Below, in pieces: positions 1 through 8,583 of a stretch of 52,414 bases of DNA. Location of the stretch: positions 1 through 52,414 of the forward strand of contig JAGGVT010000156.1 in the NCBI GenBank assembly GCA_021157815.1, in the 5' to 3' direction. The notes beneath the pieces are model-generated. The model was not told the DNA's origin, searched no databases, and saw only the letters and a list, made by a program, of their open reading frames with translations. Numbering within the stretch: position 1 is the stretch's first letter; every line of letters starts with the position of its first letter. Origin of the DNA: a bacterium (lineage in GTDB: Bacteria > JAJVIF01 > JAGGVT01). The translations under genes and the position numbers were made by a program.

Positions 1-80
1 CCGTGCCTATTTCTAACTCCTCAATTTGGTTGTATTCGAGATATCTACAATTTTATAAATCCCGATTAACAGTGCTGTTT

Positions 81-140
81 TAATTCGTAACCCTGGAATT
101 CTTTCCCGGGAAAATCCCGGCAAGGGGTTGCCGGGTTACA
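81..140. repeat. REP-like doublet (GTAR-CCCGG family, two inverted hairpin units)
   Basis: TAATTCGTAACCCTGGAATTCTTTCCCGGGAAAA followed by inverted TCCCGGCAAGGGGTTGCCGGGTTACA; the same motif recurs at 428, 4912, 17566, 17705, 31085, 32711, 49401. Confidence 0.75.
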
Positions 141-142
141 TA

Positions 143-304
143 TTACATATCCTCTATTCCGAAACTCTCTATATATAGTTCCACAGCCTCCAGAAGGTTG
201 ACTTGCGCTTCCTCGATTGTTTTACCCTGGCTGACCACACCCAGCTCCACGCATCGGGCGACATACCACTTTTTCTCTTTTGTAATCAAAGCCGTAAATT
301 TCAT
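143..304 (-). CDS. hicB: HicB-family antitoxin-like protein (short, 53 aa, no DNA-binding domain)
   Basis: YVARCVELGVVSQGKTIEEAQVNLLEAVELY is a typical HicB RNase-H-like fold motif; GGAGG 7 nt before the ATG at 304. Confidence 0.8.
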   Translation of the reverse strand: MKFTALITKEKKWYVARCVELGVVSQGKTIEEAQVNLLEAVELYIESFGIEDM

Positions 305-427
305 ATACATGCCTCCGGAAAACGGTTTTGTTATCCTTACGTTCAATCGTGTTATTGGTTATTGTACGTTCTTAATATACTTCAGCTTTTGTCTAAAAAT
401 CAAGTTAGTTGCACTGAATGATGAATA

Positions 428-477
428 AATTCGTAACCCGGGAACTTTTCCCCGGCGAAGGGACGCCGGGTTACATA
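428..477. repeat. REP-like element (GTAR-CCCGG family)
   Basis: AATTCGTAACCCGGGAACTTTTCCCCGGCGAAGGGACGCCGGGTTACATA, same orientation as the copy at 81-140. Confidence 0.75.
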
Positions 478-494
478 TTGGGAAAATCCCCTCT

Positions 495-566
495 TGGGAA
501 CGCGACTGTCTTGGTTGCCTTGTTGCTGAAGCGACAGGCTTTGCGACCGAGACGGTCGCGTTCCCA
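495..566. repeat. Inverted-repeat (REPIN-like) element, second family
   Basis: TGGGAACGCGACTGTCTTGGTTGC (495-518) / GCGACCGAGACGGTCGCGTTCCCA (543-566): 21/24 complementary, all 3 mismatches G-U compatible. Confidence 0.65.
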
Positions 567-643
567 GAAATAAAAAAGCGCCAGGGATTAACTTGGCGCG
601 TGGATTTATTTCGTTATTAATTGCAATATAAATATCCCGATAT

Positions 644-2413
644 TTAAAACTCGATCTCACGACCCTCCGACCTCGCGAACGCTGTTTCAGCGCCGAGGTC
701 ATCCTGCAGTGAATCGCCCTCGAGTACCTCATCCTCACTCGGAATATAGAGGTCGCCCGGGACACATGCCGGGAGCGGGAATGTGAAGAACAACGGCTGT
801 GTGAATTTCGCGTGTTTGAGAAGCAAAGTACCTCGCGGCACCGTACTCAGACGTGCTTTCAACTCGGGACTCAGCCAGCCGTAGATTTCATCTTTCAATT
901 CAGCGTAACCGGTTCGCCCATACATAAGAGTTGCAGCGTTATCTACAATCTGCTTGTCAACCTCGGATGCGAACTGCTCGATTCCGAATAGTGTTACGCC
1001 AAGAGAACGGCCGCGAGCGGCAAGGTGGATGAGGTCGGTTTTAATTGAACTGGCAAACGCGTCGCCGCGGGGAGCGAATTTATTCAGCTCGTCAACGAAC
1101 ACGATGATGTTGTCGAGATGCGCCTCGCCTTTTCTTGTTTCAAGCAATTCCTCAAGACGCCTGATAACCTTGTTGAATATGAGCCGCTGGCCGCGCTCGT
1201 TTATTCCCTGCATGTCTATTACGAAAATGTCCCCGTTTTTCAATTGCTCGACTGGAATATCAACCGGCTTGTCCTGCCCCATAGCGATGAGGCCATCGTA
1301 GAATAAGGGAAGACCGGACAGGTTCTTAACTGTTTTATAGAAAATATGTTTCGGATGCCCATGCCAGTTTGTATGTCGCGGGTCGTAAGTTGCCCGGCGT
1401 TCCTCTGCGAGCCATGCCATCAAACTGTCATAATCGTCAATGTCCTGTTTTTCGAGAACGGCCTGGATATCGACCCAGACAGCCTCGATAGCGTCATCCC
1501 ACGCCATGCGGTCAAATAGTACATTAATGTTGTCCTGGATTTCACCAATCGACCAGATGAAAGGTTCGACCTTGCCGTCTTTTCTGTTCGATATGACACG
1601 CGCCGCGCTTTTTCTATCGAAAGGCGCGAATATTCGCACGTTGCTAAACGGTTCGGGGTCGATTCCCATAATGTCATACATCTTGCGGCTTCTAACCGCC
1701 AGAGTATCATTTCCCCATAATGCCGGATTTGGTTTGTCGAAATAAAGAAGGTCCTTGCCCTTTACGTTGAATACCACAACGCCTATTTTACGGCCACGCT
1801 GCTCGGCACAGTATGTGAAAATCGATTTCAGAATGAACTCAACAACGGATGTTTTTGTTGCAAGGCCGGAAATTCCGCTTACATTCAGATGCGCCCCCTC
1901 AGGCCCCATAACGAAGGACTCATCAATAATCAACGATGTCATTTCACCATCACCGTTTTCAAAGACACCAATCGGAATACCCTTGTCTTCACCCTTGTAC
2001 TGGTCCATGCCCAATGCGTATTCGATGCCGTCGGGAGATGCGAAATAGACATCGCTTCGATGCACCGGACGCACTTTTCCAATCGTGTTGCCGATTGTTT
2101 CGCATTTTGCCAGCATGACCTCCTCGGGTTTGGTCGGCGGTTCAGCCTCTGGTGTGCCAAAGTCATGCGAAATATAGTCCATTAAAAAATCGTCCGTGTT
2201 CATGACAGACTGCATCGAGACTATAATTCCGAATGTGATGACACCATCCTCATCAACACAAGCCATCAGGTTTCCCAGCTCGACATTATTAGCATCGTGG
2301 CTGATCCAGAAATGAAATTCAGCCGTTGTGGATGGATATGTCTTTGTTGAGACCGTTTTCCCAATTACATTTTCGAGAAGATTCAAATACCTGGCATTCT
2401 CTTCTGTTATCAT
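644..2413 (-). CDS. herA: HerA/FtsK-family ATPase (bacterial HerA with N-terminal HAS barrel)
   Basis: N-terminal barrel (TTAEFHFWI...FGIIVSM), variant Walker A GAHLNVSGISGLATKTS, FNVKGKDL, Walker B IIVFVDELNKFAP, arginine finger ARGRSLGVTLFGIEQ; lies downstream of a nurA-like gene. Confidence 0.85.
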   Translation of the reverse strand: MITEENARYLNLLENVIGKTVSTKTYPSTTAEFHFWISHDANNVELGNLMACVDEDGVITFGIIVSMQSVMNTDDFLMDYISHDFGTPEAEPPTKPEEVMLAKCETIGNTIGKVRPVHRSDVYFASPDGIEYALGMDQYKGEDKGIPIGVFENGDGEMTSLIIDESFVMGPEGAHLNVSGISGLATKTSVVEFILKSIFTYCAEQRGRKIGVVVFNVKGKDLLYFDKPNPALWGNDTLAVRSRKMYDIMGIDPEPFSNVRIFAPFDRKSAARVISNRKDGKVEPFIWSIGEIQDNINVLFDRMAWDDAIEAVWVDIQAVLEKQDIDDYDSLMAWLAEERRATYDPRHTNWHGHPKHIFYKTVKNLSGLPLFYDGLIAMGQDKPVDIPVEQLKNGDIFVIDMQGINERGQRLIFNKVIRRLEELLETRKGEAHLDNIIVFVDELNKFAPRGDAFASSIKTDLIHLAARGRSLGVTLFGIEQFASEVDKQIVDNAATLMYGRTGYAELKDEIYGWLSPELKARLSTVPRGTLLLKHAKFTQPLFFTFPLPACVPGDLYIPSEDEVLEGDSLQDDLGAETAFARSEGREIEF

Positions 2414-2493
2414 AATCTATACCTCAGAATTCATTTTTTCCTTTGTGATGCTTTTAATTTATTTAAATCCCCTGAGGGCATTCATAAATACAT

Positions 2494-3474
2494 TTAGAAA
2501 AATCGTAAAATCGAATTCTCATCAGTTGTTTGTATATTAAGAAAAACCCGGGCGGTAATCAACGGATATAACCGCCAGTTCTCCTTTTCGGAATGCGGAT
2601 GTATCGGATATCGCTCGGCAAGTATCCCGGAACTGATTACCGTGATCTTGCTTTCCATGTCATCGGTGTTTACAAGCGAATTTTCGATTTTAATAATTCC
2701 CCAGCTTGGGCCTTTTCTGATATCGGAGTACATTCTAAGATGCCAGAAATAACCGTTTCCATTTGCGCCAATCTTAAACGGCGCGCCGACTTCATCCTCG
2801 CCAAGCCCAAGGCTGGCCTCTTCCTCAATTGGAGTCAGTTCCGGATTATTGTAAATCCCAATCCAGTTTCCATACTTAAGAATATCCTCTGACGGCCTTA
2901 GTGAGCCATCCACAAGAATCATGTGATCCTCATCACCGATTAATTCCGCATAGGTTAAAAAGACACTTTCCTTGACATCCGCAAGGATATCCATGATGCG
3001 AGTCGCGGCGCTGTCGCAAATTCCCAGATATGAATCGGATATTGGATACCGCTCAATATCAAGCCCCGATTCGATATGGGCATCCACAATCTCATCGCTG
3101 CCGTCAACGCCGTCCGGGACAAGCACAACCTCACGAATTATCGGTGCAAAAAACGGCTGCATCTGCCCGTTGTTTCGTGCCAGAACTCCGGATGTTACAA
3201 TCGCGTACAGAATTGGAAGCGACGGGGCATCCTCTCGTGGGATATGGCCAATAATGTATGCTCGTGCCAAAGCGCCCTGAAAGAAGACAAACTCCGTCGG
3301 TTCGAATTTCCTGTTACCGGGTTTTAAATCCATCATTTCAGGAGGGGGAGCATCAGAATTTCCCGAGGTTTTAAGCTCGAAAATCTCCGGTGATGGAATC
3401 CCGCCAAGTGATACCAGAAGGTTATTCGTTAGTCGTAAATATTCGCTCATTGATTTTAAGACTCTGCAAAACAT
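2494..3474 (-). CDS. NurA-like nuclease-fold protein, possibly catalytically degenerate (start may be ATG 3450)
   Basis: MILVDGSL motif, FWHLRM, C-terminal RLYPLITARVFL, directly upstream of herA; the first catalytic motif reads FFQG instead of FxDG. Confidence 0.6.
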   Translation of the reverse strand: MFCRVLKSMSEYLRLTNNLLVSLGGIPSPEIFELKTSGNSDAPPPEMMDLKPGNRKFEPTEFVFFQGALARAYIIGHIPREDAPSLPILYAIVTSGVLARNNGQMQPFFAPIIREVVLVPDGVDGSDEIVDAHIESGLDIERYPISDSYLGICDSAATRIMDILADVKESVFLTYAELIGDEDHMILVDGSLRPSEDILKYGNWIGIYNNPELTPIEEEASLGLGEDEVGAPFKIGANGNGYFWHLRMYSDIRKGPSWGIIKIENSLVNTDDMESKITVISSGILAERYPIHPHSEKENWRLYPLITARVFLNIQTTDENSILRFF

Positions 3475-3771
3475 CGACCGGCGATGCAGTCAGCCGGGTT
3501 GTTAAAGGTAAAAAAGATAAAGCTCAATCACGACGCATGACAATCATGCAAATTGCGCTAAGCGCAAAAGCTGTATGATTTTACAGGATTTGAAGTGGGA
3601 TTTCAATCAGGAATTGGGGGTAAAGTTGATTTCGTGGCGGATGTGGTACGTTGGAAATCCTGAGCGTGGTCGAAGGGCAGACGGTATCGACCCCGTCTCG
3701 GGGCGCATGGGGAGATTGGCTGGCACTTGGGCTGACATTTAAGATAAGAAGAAAATTGAGACATGGATAAT

Positions 3772-4128
3772 TTAAGTCTCAGTTTTTAAGGGAACAGATT
3801 TGGAATAATAACGATAGATGAATTTGAAAGCAAGATAAAGCCCTACAACTGGAATCAAAGATAAAAAGGCATATAGAAATCCCAATAATACTTCCATGAA
3901 TGATTTAATCTTGATTGCTAATATAATGCCTAATACAATTGACGGAAAAAAATAAATTGATGTAATGGATATGAAAAGTCCCATAAAAAAGTTAATATGA
4001 AAAAGGTATTAAATTTTGAAAGGTTTGGGTATAGATGACAAACTTGAGATTAATGCGATACCTATGAAAATAAACCACAATGTTAATGCTTTTCTATAGA
4101 TAATATCTTCACTCTTCACATTTACCAT
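3772..4128 (-). pseudogene. Small AT-rich membrane protein gene with an in-frame premature TAA
   Basis: AGGAG RBS 7 nt before ATG 4128; MVNVKSEDIIYRKALTLWFIFIGIALISSLSSIPKPFKI*(4011-4009)YLFHINFFMGLFIS... continues in frame into ORF 3772..3984. Confidence 0.55.
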
Positions 4129-4580
4129 TTCTCGTCTCCTTGGACTACTGTCTTGTCAGCGTTGTAAGAGTATCATTTATCATTGTTTTAATCAAGATGA
4201 TAGAATATAATCAGGTGTTAATAACCTTCTGGCAAGTCCTGAGGGTGACAAGATGTTCACAAAACCTGAGAAAGAGGTGAAACAAAAACTGGAACCAAGT
4301 TATACTTCCCAGGAGAAGTCTAGAAAAAGGGGATAGCGGCTTTTACAGCATTATATTGGCGTAGCGTTAATGAATCGTTATAAAAGGCGCTGTTTTCTTT
4401 AAAAGACTGGTTTTTTTGCAAATCAAAGGATGTTTTGATATACTCAGAAAGCATCTTAAGTAATAATCTTGACCAATGCTAATTATAGAAGGGGTTGGTC
4501 TAAGTGTATTATAAGAAATGGTTTGCATGCATATCACAGAATCTAAATCAGATTTTGCAAATTCGAAATAATAATATAAG

Positions 4581-4796
4581 TTAAAGGGGACAGGCACCTT
4601 TATTGACCTCGTTCCTGCATCTTTTTCCTTGGTAGCAAATAAAGGTGCCTGTCCCCTTTATCGAGTGCTTTTTTGTGAAACCGTCCGCTAGACCATTCTT
4701 GTGCTGGTACACTCGTTTTATTAGATCGGATGTGAGTCCTATGTATAGTGTTCCTCTTTCTCTGCTTGCGAGGATGTAGATGTAGAATTGTTTCAT
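4581..4796 (-). pseudogene. GIY-YIG nuclease (UPF0213-like), C-terminally truncated by an inverted-repeat element
   Basis: MKQFYIYILASRERGTLYIGLTSDLIKRVYQHKNGLADGFTKKH is the typical N-terminal half; the expected helix with the metal-binding Glu is replaced by repeat-derived KGTGTF...KGACPL. Confidence 0.75.
4582..4660. repeat. 23-bp perfect inverted repeat (GGGACAG family)
   Basis: TAAAGGGGACAGGCACCTTTATT (4582-4604) / AATAAAGGTGCCTGTCCCCTTTA (4638-4660). Confidence 0.85.
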
Positions 4797-4832
4797 AGTG
4801 AATATTATCGCATATTTGGAATTAGAAGAAAA

Positions 4833-4859
4833 ATGGATTCCCGCTTTCGCGGGAATGAC
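4833..4859. repeat. ATTCCC-N8-GGGAAT palindrome (dRS3/RPE-like)
   Basis: TGGATTCCCGCTTTCGCGGGAATGAC; the minus strand encodes VIPAKAGI; directly upstream of the GIY-YIG gene. Confidence 0.7.
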
Positions 4860-4878
4860 GGGGGTTTTCAACCTTGTG

Positions 4879-5012
4879 TAATTGGTACCGGTTACGAATT
4901 TACGAATTAATATGCAACCCGGCGACGCCTTGCCGGGCGAAGACAAAATACGACTAAAGCCCATAGATGCGTCCCCGAATTAATCGGTACCGGGTACAAA
5001 TTTACGAATTAA
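4879..5012. repeat. Two 32-bp direct repeats (4879-4910, 4981-5012) enclosing a GCAACCCGG REP-like unit (4912-4943)
   Basis: TAATTGGTACCGGTTACGAATTTACGAATTAA vs TAATCGGTACCGGGTACAAATTTACGAATTAA (29/32); third partial copy at 5711-5736. Confidence 0.75.
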
Positions 5013-5272
5013 AGAGCCCTTAATATTTCAAGAAATTCCTCGACGTTTGATTCTGCTTTTCGAATCAGGCTTTTTATCAGCGATGGTTGAAGTTCTTTGT
5101 TGTGGAAGGGGATAGCAAGGTTTAACAACTTTTGAGGATGGTTATATACTTTATGTGAGCCATGTTGCGTGGTTAATTCATAGCCCATTTTCTCAAAAAC
5201 CATTGCAACCAACTCAGGCTTGACAGGTTTGAGAATTTTGCTTCCCGATGGTTTTTTCTTTCGAGCTATCAT
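5009..5272 (-). CDS. hicA: HicA-family mRNA interferase toxin
   Basis: FEKMGYELTTQHGSHKVYNHP...AIPFHNKELQPSLIKSLIRKA, HicA dsRBD-like motif with the GSH histidine. Confidence 0.85.
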   Translation of the reverse strand: MIARKKKPSGSKILKPVKPELVAMVFEKMGYELTTQHGSHKVYNHPQKLLNLAIPFHNKELQPSLIKSLIRKAESNVEEFLEILRAL

Positions 5273-5275
5273 CGA

Positions 5276-5650
5276 TTATGCTGTAATGGAGGTTTCCTTT
5301 AAAAGTGGGAAGTGGCTTTTGACGGGTAATGGATTGGTTCCTTCGTCGTATGTGGCGGGTTGTTTATAGTAATTGCGGTTGGGGATGTTGATTTTCTCTT
5401 TAGTAAAGCCCAATTCAACCAGCATTTCATCAATCTTGCCGGCGCTGATTGCATCGATCAAAGTTGCAATTATCATATTCGCGAGATTGTTCATGGCTTC
5501 CGTGCGTGATTCTCCCTGGTCAATAAGCCTTAATTCAGTGCATTCGGCAAAGAACCAGCCATCCTCTTCCGAGTAGCTGCATGATAGAACAGCCTCAACA
5601 ATTCGGAAATTCCAGTCAATGAAAATATATGAATGATCTGATACAGCCAT
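5276..5650 (-). CDS. hicB: HicB-like antitoxin
   Basis: EEDGWFFAECTELRLIDQGESRTEAMNNL motif; 3 nt upstream of hicA. Confidence 0.7.
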   Translation of the reverse strand: MAVSDHSYIFIDWNFRIVEAVLSCSYSEEDGWFFAECTELRLIDQGESRTEAMNNLANMIIATLIDAISAGKIDEMLVELGFTKEKINIPNRNYYKQPATYDEGTNPLPVKSHFPLLKETSITA

Positions 5651-5710
5651 GTTTCACCTGATGTTTATAAATATCGACATTTTACATTATACCATTATTC
5701 AACATTTAAT

Positions 5711-5736
5711 GAATTAATTCGTACCGGGTACAAATT
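5711..5736. repeat. Direct repeat copy bounding the hicBA module
   Basis: GAATTAATTCGTACCGGGTACAAATT vs GAATTAATCGGTACCGGGTACAAATT at 4977-5002 (24/26). Confidence 0.7.
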
Positions 5737-5840
5737 AATCAATGACAGTAATCCTCTTTTATCGCTTTGATTTATCCGCGACTTCATCATATACTTTCAT
5801 ATTCGTTTTATCGCGTTAAGTTGATGCGTGCGAATCGTTC

Positions 5841-7235
5841 ATGATGAAAAGACAGCTTATTATAATACTGGTGATTAACGCTATCGCTCTTGCGGTGCTG
5901 GGGAATCATGGGCCCACGACAACGCGCGAGGCGCTGGGGCTTTTCGCGATGGCGAATATCGCTGACAGCCGGACGGTGGTTCTGCCGTCGGCGTTTGGGC
6001 ATTATCAGGAAGCTGTTAAAATTGATAATGACAAATATCTCGCGCCGCAGCCTTTATGGCAGCAGATTGGCGGTTCGATTTCATATGAAATTGCGAAAGT
6101 GTTTTTCGGCGTTGAGCATGACTGGGATGGCCTTCGGCGATTCTACAGGATTGCATCGTACCTGGGCAACCTGATAGCATCGACGATGCTGATAATCCTG
6201 TTCGCACGAGCACTGGAGGTCAAGGGTGTCAGGGGAAAGGAGATTCTTCTGATGCTTGTCCCGCTGGCATTTTTCAGCCTTGTTTTTACCGCCGGCATGG
6301 TTCTGCAGGTTCATCTTTTTGTCGCGGCGCTTTGTTTCTGGGCGCTTCATGAGATCAACACGGGAGTTTACAGGATTAATCGCGATTTGCCGTCCTGGAA
6401 ATCGTTCATTTTAGCCGGAGTTCTTCTGGCGTTTGCCGGATGCCTGTCCATTCCCGCAATAGGCGTAGGGGTTGGTTTTCTCGCGATGTTCATCACGCAG
6501 AAAGATAAACGATTCGCGCGCGCGGTTGTGAACATGATCGTTGGAGCGCTGATTCCGATTATTCTCACAGCGATTGTAATCGCGATTTTCTCCAAACAGG
6601 TTGGCGGATTCATCCCTCCATGGCCTGAGGCGGTGGTGAGGGGCGATGACAGTCCGGGTGCGGTTATCAGATACTTCTTCCATTCAACAATTGGATTCAA
6701 CGGTTTCTTTCTATATTGCCCGTTGGCGCTGATTGGAGTTCTGTCGCTAGTGAAGAGATTGAATCATTTCCAGAGGCTGGCTGAAAAGAAAAAGAAACTC
6801 GATCACTACGCGCGCGGGCAGTCATTGATAGCGATGTCGGTTTACTGGGGCGGAATTCTCAGCCTTGTCCTGTTCTGGCTCGCGGCATTGATGAACGGTA
6901 TTCCGCCAAATTTCACACCGGAACATCTCCAGATGGCGTCAATTAAAATCGGCGGAAGTTCAATCGCGCTGGCATCAAATCTGCGCTCCTACGGCACCAT
7001 GCAGCTTCTGTTTCTCCTTCCGCTTCTGCATTATTTCAACCTTCACATTTTCAAGGAGCGTCCATTTGCCAAATTCAAGGTGTTCTATCATGAAGCTGTT
7101 AGGATTGGCGCTCTTGTCGCGATTGTCGGGCTGGCATCGCCGGCAGGAGGGTATCTGGTGCCGTTTATCTGGTCGCTGAACCAGATTGCGCTGTCGGTGA
7201 CATCGTATTTCCCGATGGGGACGTTGTTGTGGTGA
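5841..7235 (+). CDS. Multi-pass membrane protein, probable GT-C-fold glycosyltransferase-like
   Basis: About 10-11 hydrophobic segments, an N-terminal TM followed by an external loop, a GFFLYCP motif; 8 nt upstream of a polyprenol-P-mannose synthase. Confidence 0.5.
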   Translation: MMKRQLIIILVINAIALAVLGNHGPTTTREALGLFAMANIADSRTVVLPSAFGHYQEAVKIDNDKYLAPQPLWQQIGGSISYEIAKVFFGVEHDWDGLRRFYRIASYLGNLIASTMLIILFARALEVKGVRGKEILLMLVPLAFFSLVFTAGMVLQVHLFVAALCFWALHEINTGVYRINRDLPSWKSFILAGVLLAFAGCLSIPAIGVGVGFLAMFITQKDKRFARAVVNMIVGALIPIILTAIVIAIFSKQVGGFIPPWPEAVVRGDDSPGAVIRYFFHSTIGFNGFFLYCPLALIGVLSLVKRLNHFQRLAEKKKKLDHYARGQSLIAMSVYWGGILSLVLFWLAALMNGIPPNFTPEHLQMASIKIGGSSIALASNLRSYGTMQLLFLLPLLHYFNLHIFKERPFAKFKVFYHEAVRIGALVAIVGLASPAGGYLVPFIWSLNQIALSVTSYFPMGTLLW

Positions 7236-7243
7236 TGGTATAA

Positions 7244-7978
7244 ATGAAAACGCTGATTATCATACCGACATACAAGGAAAAAGAGAATGTGCCTAATCTC
7301 GTTCCGCGAGTGCTTGAACAGGACAAGGGTGTCGAAATTCTTTTCATCGATGACAACTCACCCGATGGCACAGGTGAAATCATAGATGGAATCTGTGCTG
7401 AAAATCCGAGAGTGCATGTAATCCATCGCGAGGGGAAACTGGGACTCGGGACAGCGTATGTAACCGGATTCAAATGGGTGCTTGAAAGGGATTACGGTCG
7501 CGTTTTTGAAATGGATGCCGATTTCTCGCATGATCCGAATGACATCCCGCGGCTTATCGCGGCAAGCAACGAATATGACCTGGTAATCGGTTCAAGGTTT
7601 GTGGGCGGAATCCGTATCATGAACTGGCCTTTCAAGCGACTGCTTCTATCGATGATGGCAATGGTTTATGTCAAATGGATTACGGGGCTTAAACTTGAGG
7701 ACCCCACTAGCGGATTCAAATGCTACAACCGCCGTGTCCTTGAGGGTATTGACCTTGATCGAATACGCTCAAACGGATATTCGTTCCAGATTGAAACCAA
7801 CTACAAATCGAAACTGGCAGGATTCACAACCATAGAGGTTCCAATCGTTTTCACGGAACGCGCGGATGGTGTTTCGAAGATGAATAAGAAGATAGTTTTC
7901 GAGGCAATCTGGATAGTATATAAGTTACGAGTGTATGGAATCCTGAGATGTCTGCTCAGACGAAAAGGCAAGCCGTGA
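7244..7978 (+). CDS. Polyprenol monophosphomannose synthase (GT2, Ppm1/DPM1-like)
   Basis: IIPTYKEKEN, DDNSPDGTG, GKLGLGTAY, EMDADFSHDP, DPTSGFKCY, SNGYSFQIE, FTERADGVSKM. Confidence 0.9.
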   Translation: MKTLIIIPTYKEKENVPNLVPRVLEQDKGVEILFIDDNSPDGTGEIIDGICAENPRVHVIHREGKLGLGTAYVTGFKWVLERDYGRVFEMDADFSHDPNDIPRLIAASNEYDLVIGSRFVGGIRIMNWPFKRLLLSMMAMVYVKWITGLKLEDPTSGFKCYNRRVLEGIDLDRIRSNGYSFQIETNYKSKLAGFTTIEVPIVFTERADGVSKMNKKIVFEAIWIVYKLRVYGILRCLLRRKGKP

Positions 7979-8583
7979 TGCAAATTGCCATACAGGATGA
8001 AACAGCCTGTCTTTAAGCGGTATTTAAGCTGCGTAAAAATTTGTCAATTTTCAAATAATGATGAAAATTGCATCATAAAATTGAAATCTCGTTGAGTTAA
8101 ATCTGCATTGTCGTTTCGGAATCTCTTAGAAAACGATTAAATTAAATCAGATTATAGTACGATTTAATGTATAACAGGAGTATTTCAGAAAAAGTTATGT
8201 CATATTGGACATTTCGTTGAATTATTTTCATTTCGGGCATATGCTGGCAATGAAATTGTTATAACATAAGGCGTCGTTATCCCTGGAATGCCCCCTTTCC
8301 TCATTAGAAGGCCTGGGAAAGGGGGATTTGAAAAATAGTATTAACTTTTATATAATGAAAAGTATTATTTTAAAAAGTTGGGAAGTTTAATTTAACCAAA
8401 GGGGAGAGGAGTTAAATGTGAGATAGTGTTTTCGAAACTGGCGCGGGTTCCATCAGGGGCGCGTTAGTTTGTGTGCATTTTTGGCGATGCTATAAAGGTT
8501 GCTCTTTATTTGCATGGGCGATACTTTTTTAACGAAGTACAAACGTGGAGGTTAAGGAATAAACCTGGAGGTTAATTAAAATA

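Noticed and set aside
81-477. Integron attC sites
   Set aside because: Ends only partly fit RYYYAAC/GTTRRRY, no intI is present, and the same motif occurs beside housekeeping genes; kept only as a cassette-like observation
8244-8260. Sigma54 promoter (TGGCAATGAAATTGTT) upstream of the pilins
   Set aside because: The -12 element is GT rather than the near-invariant GC; too weak to call
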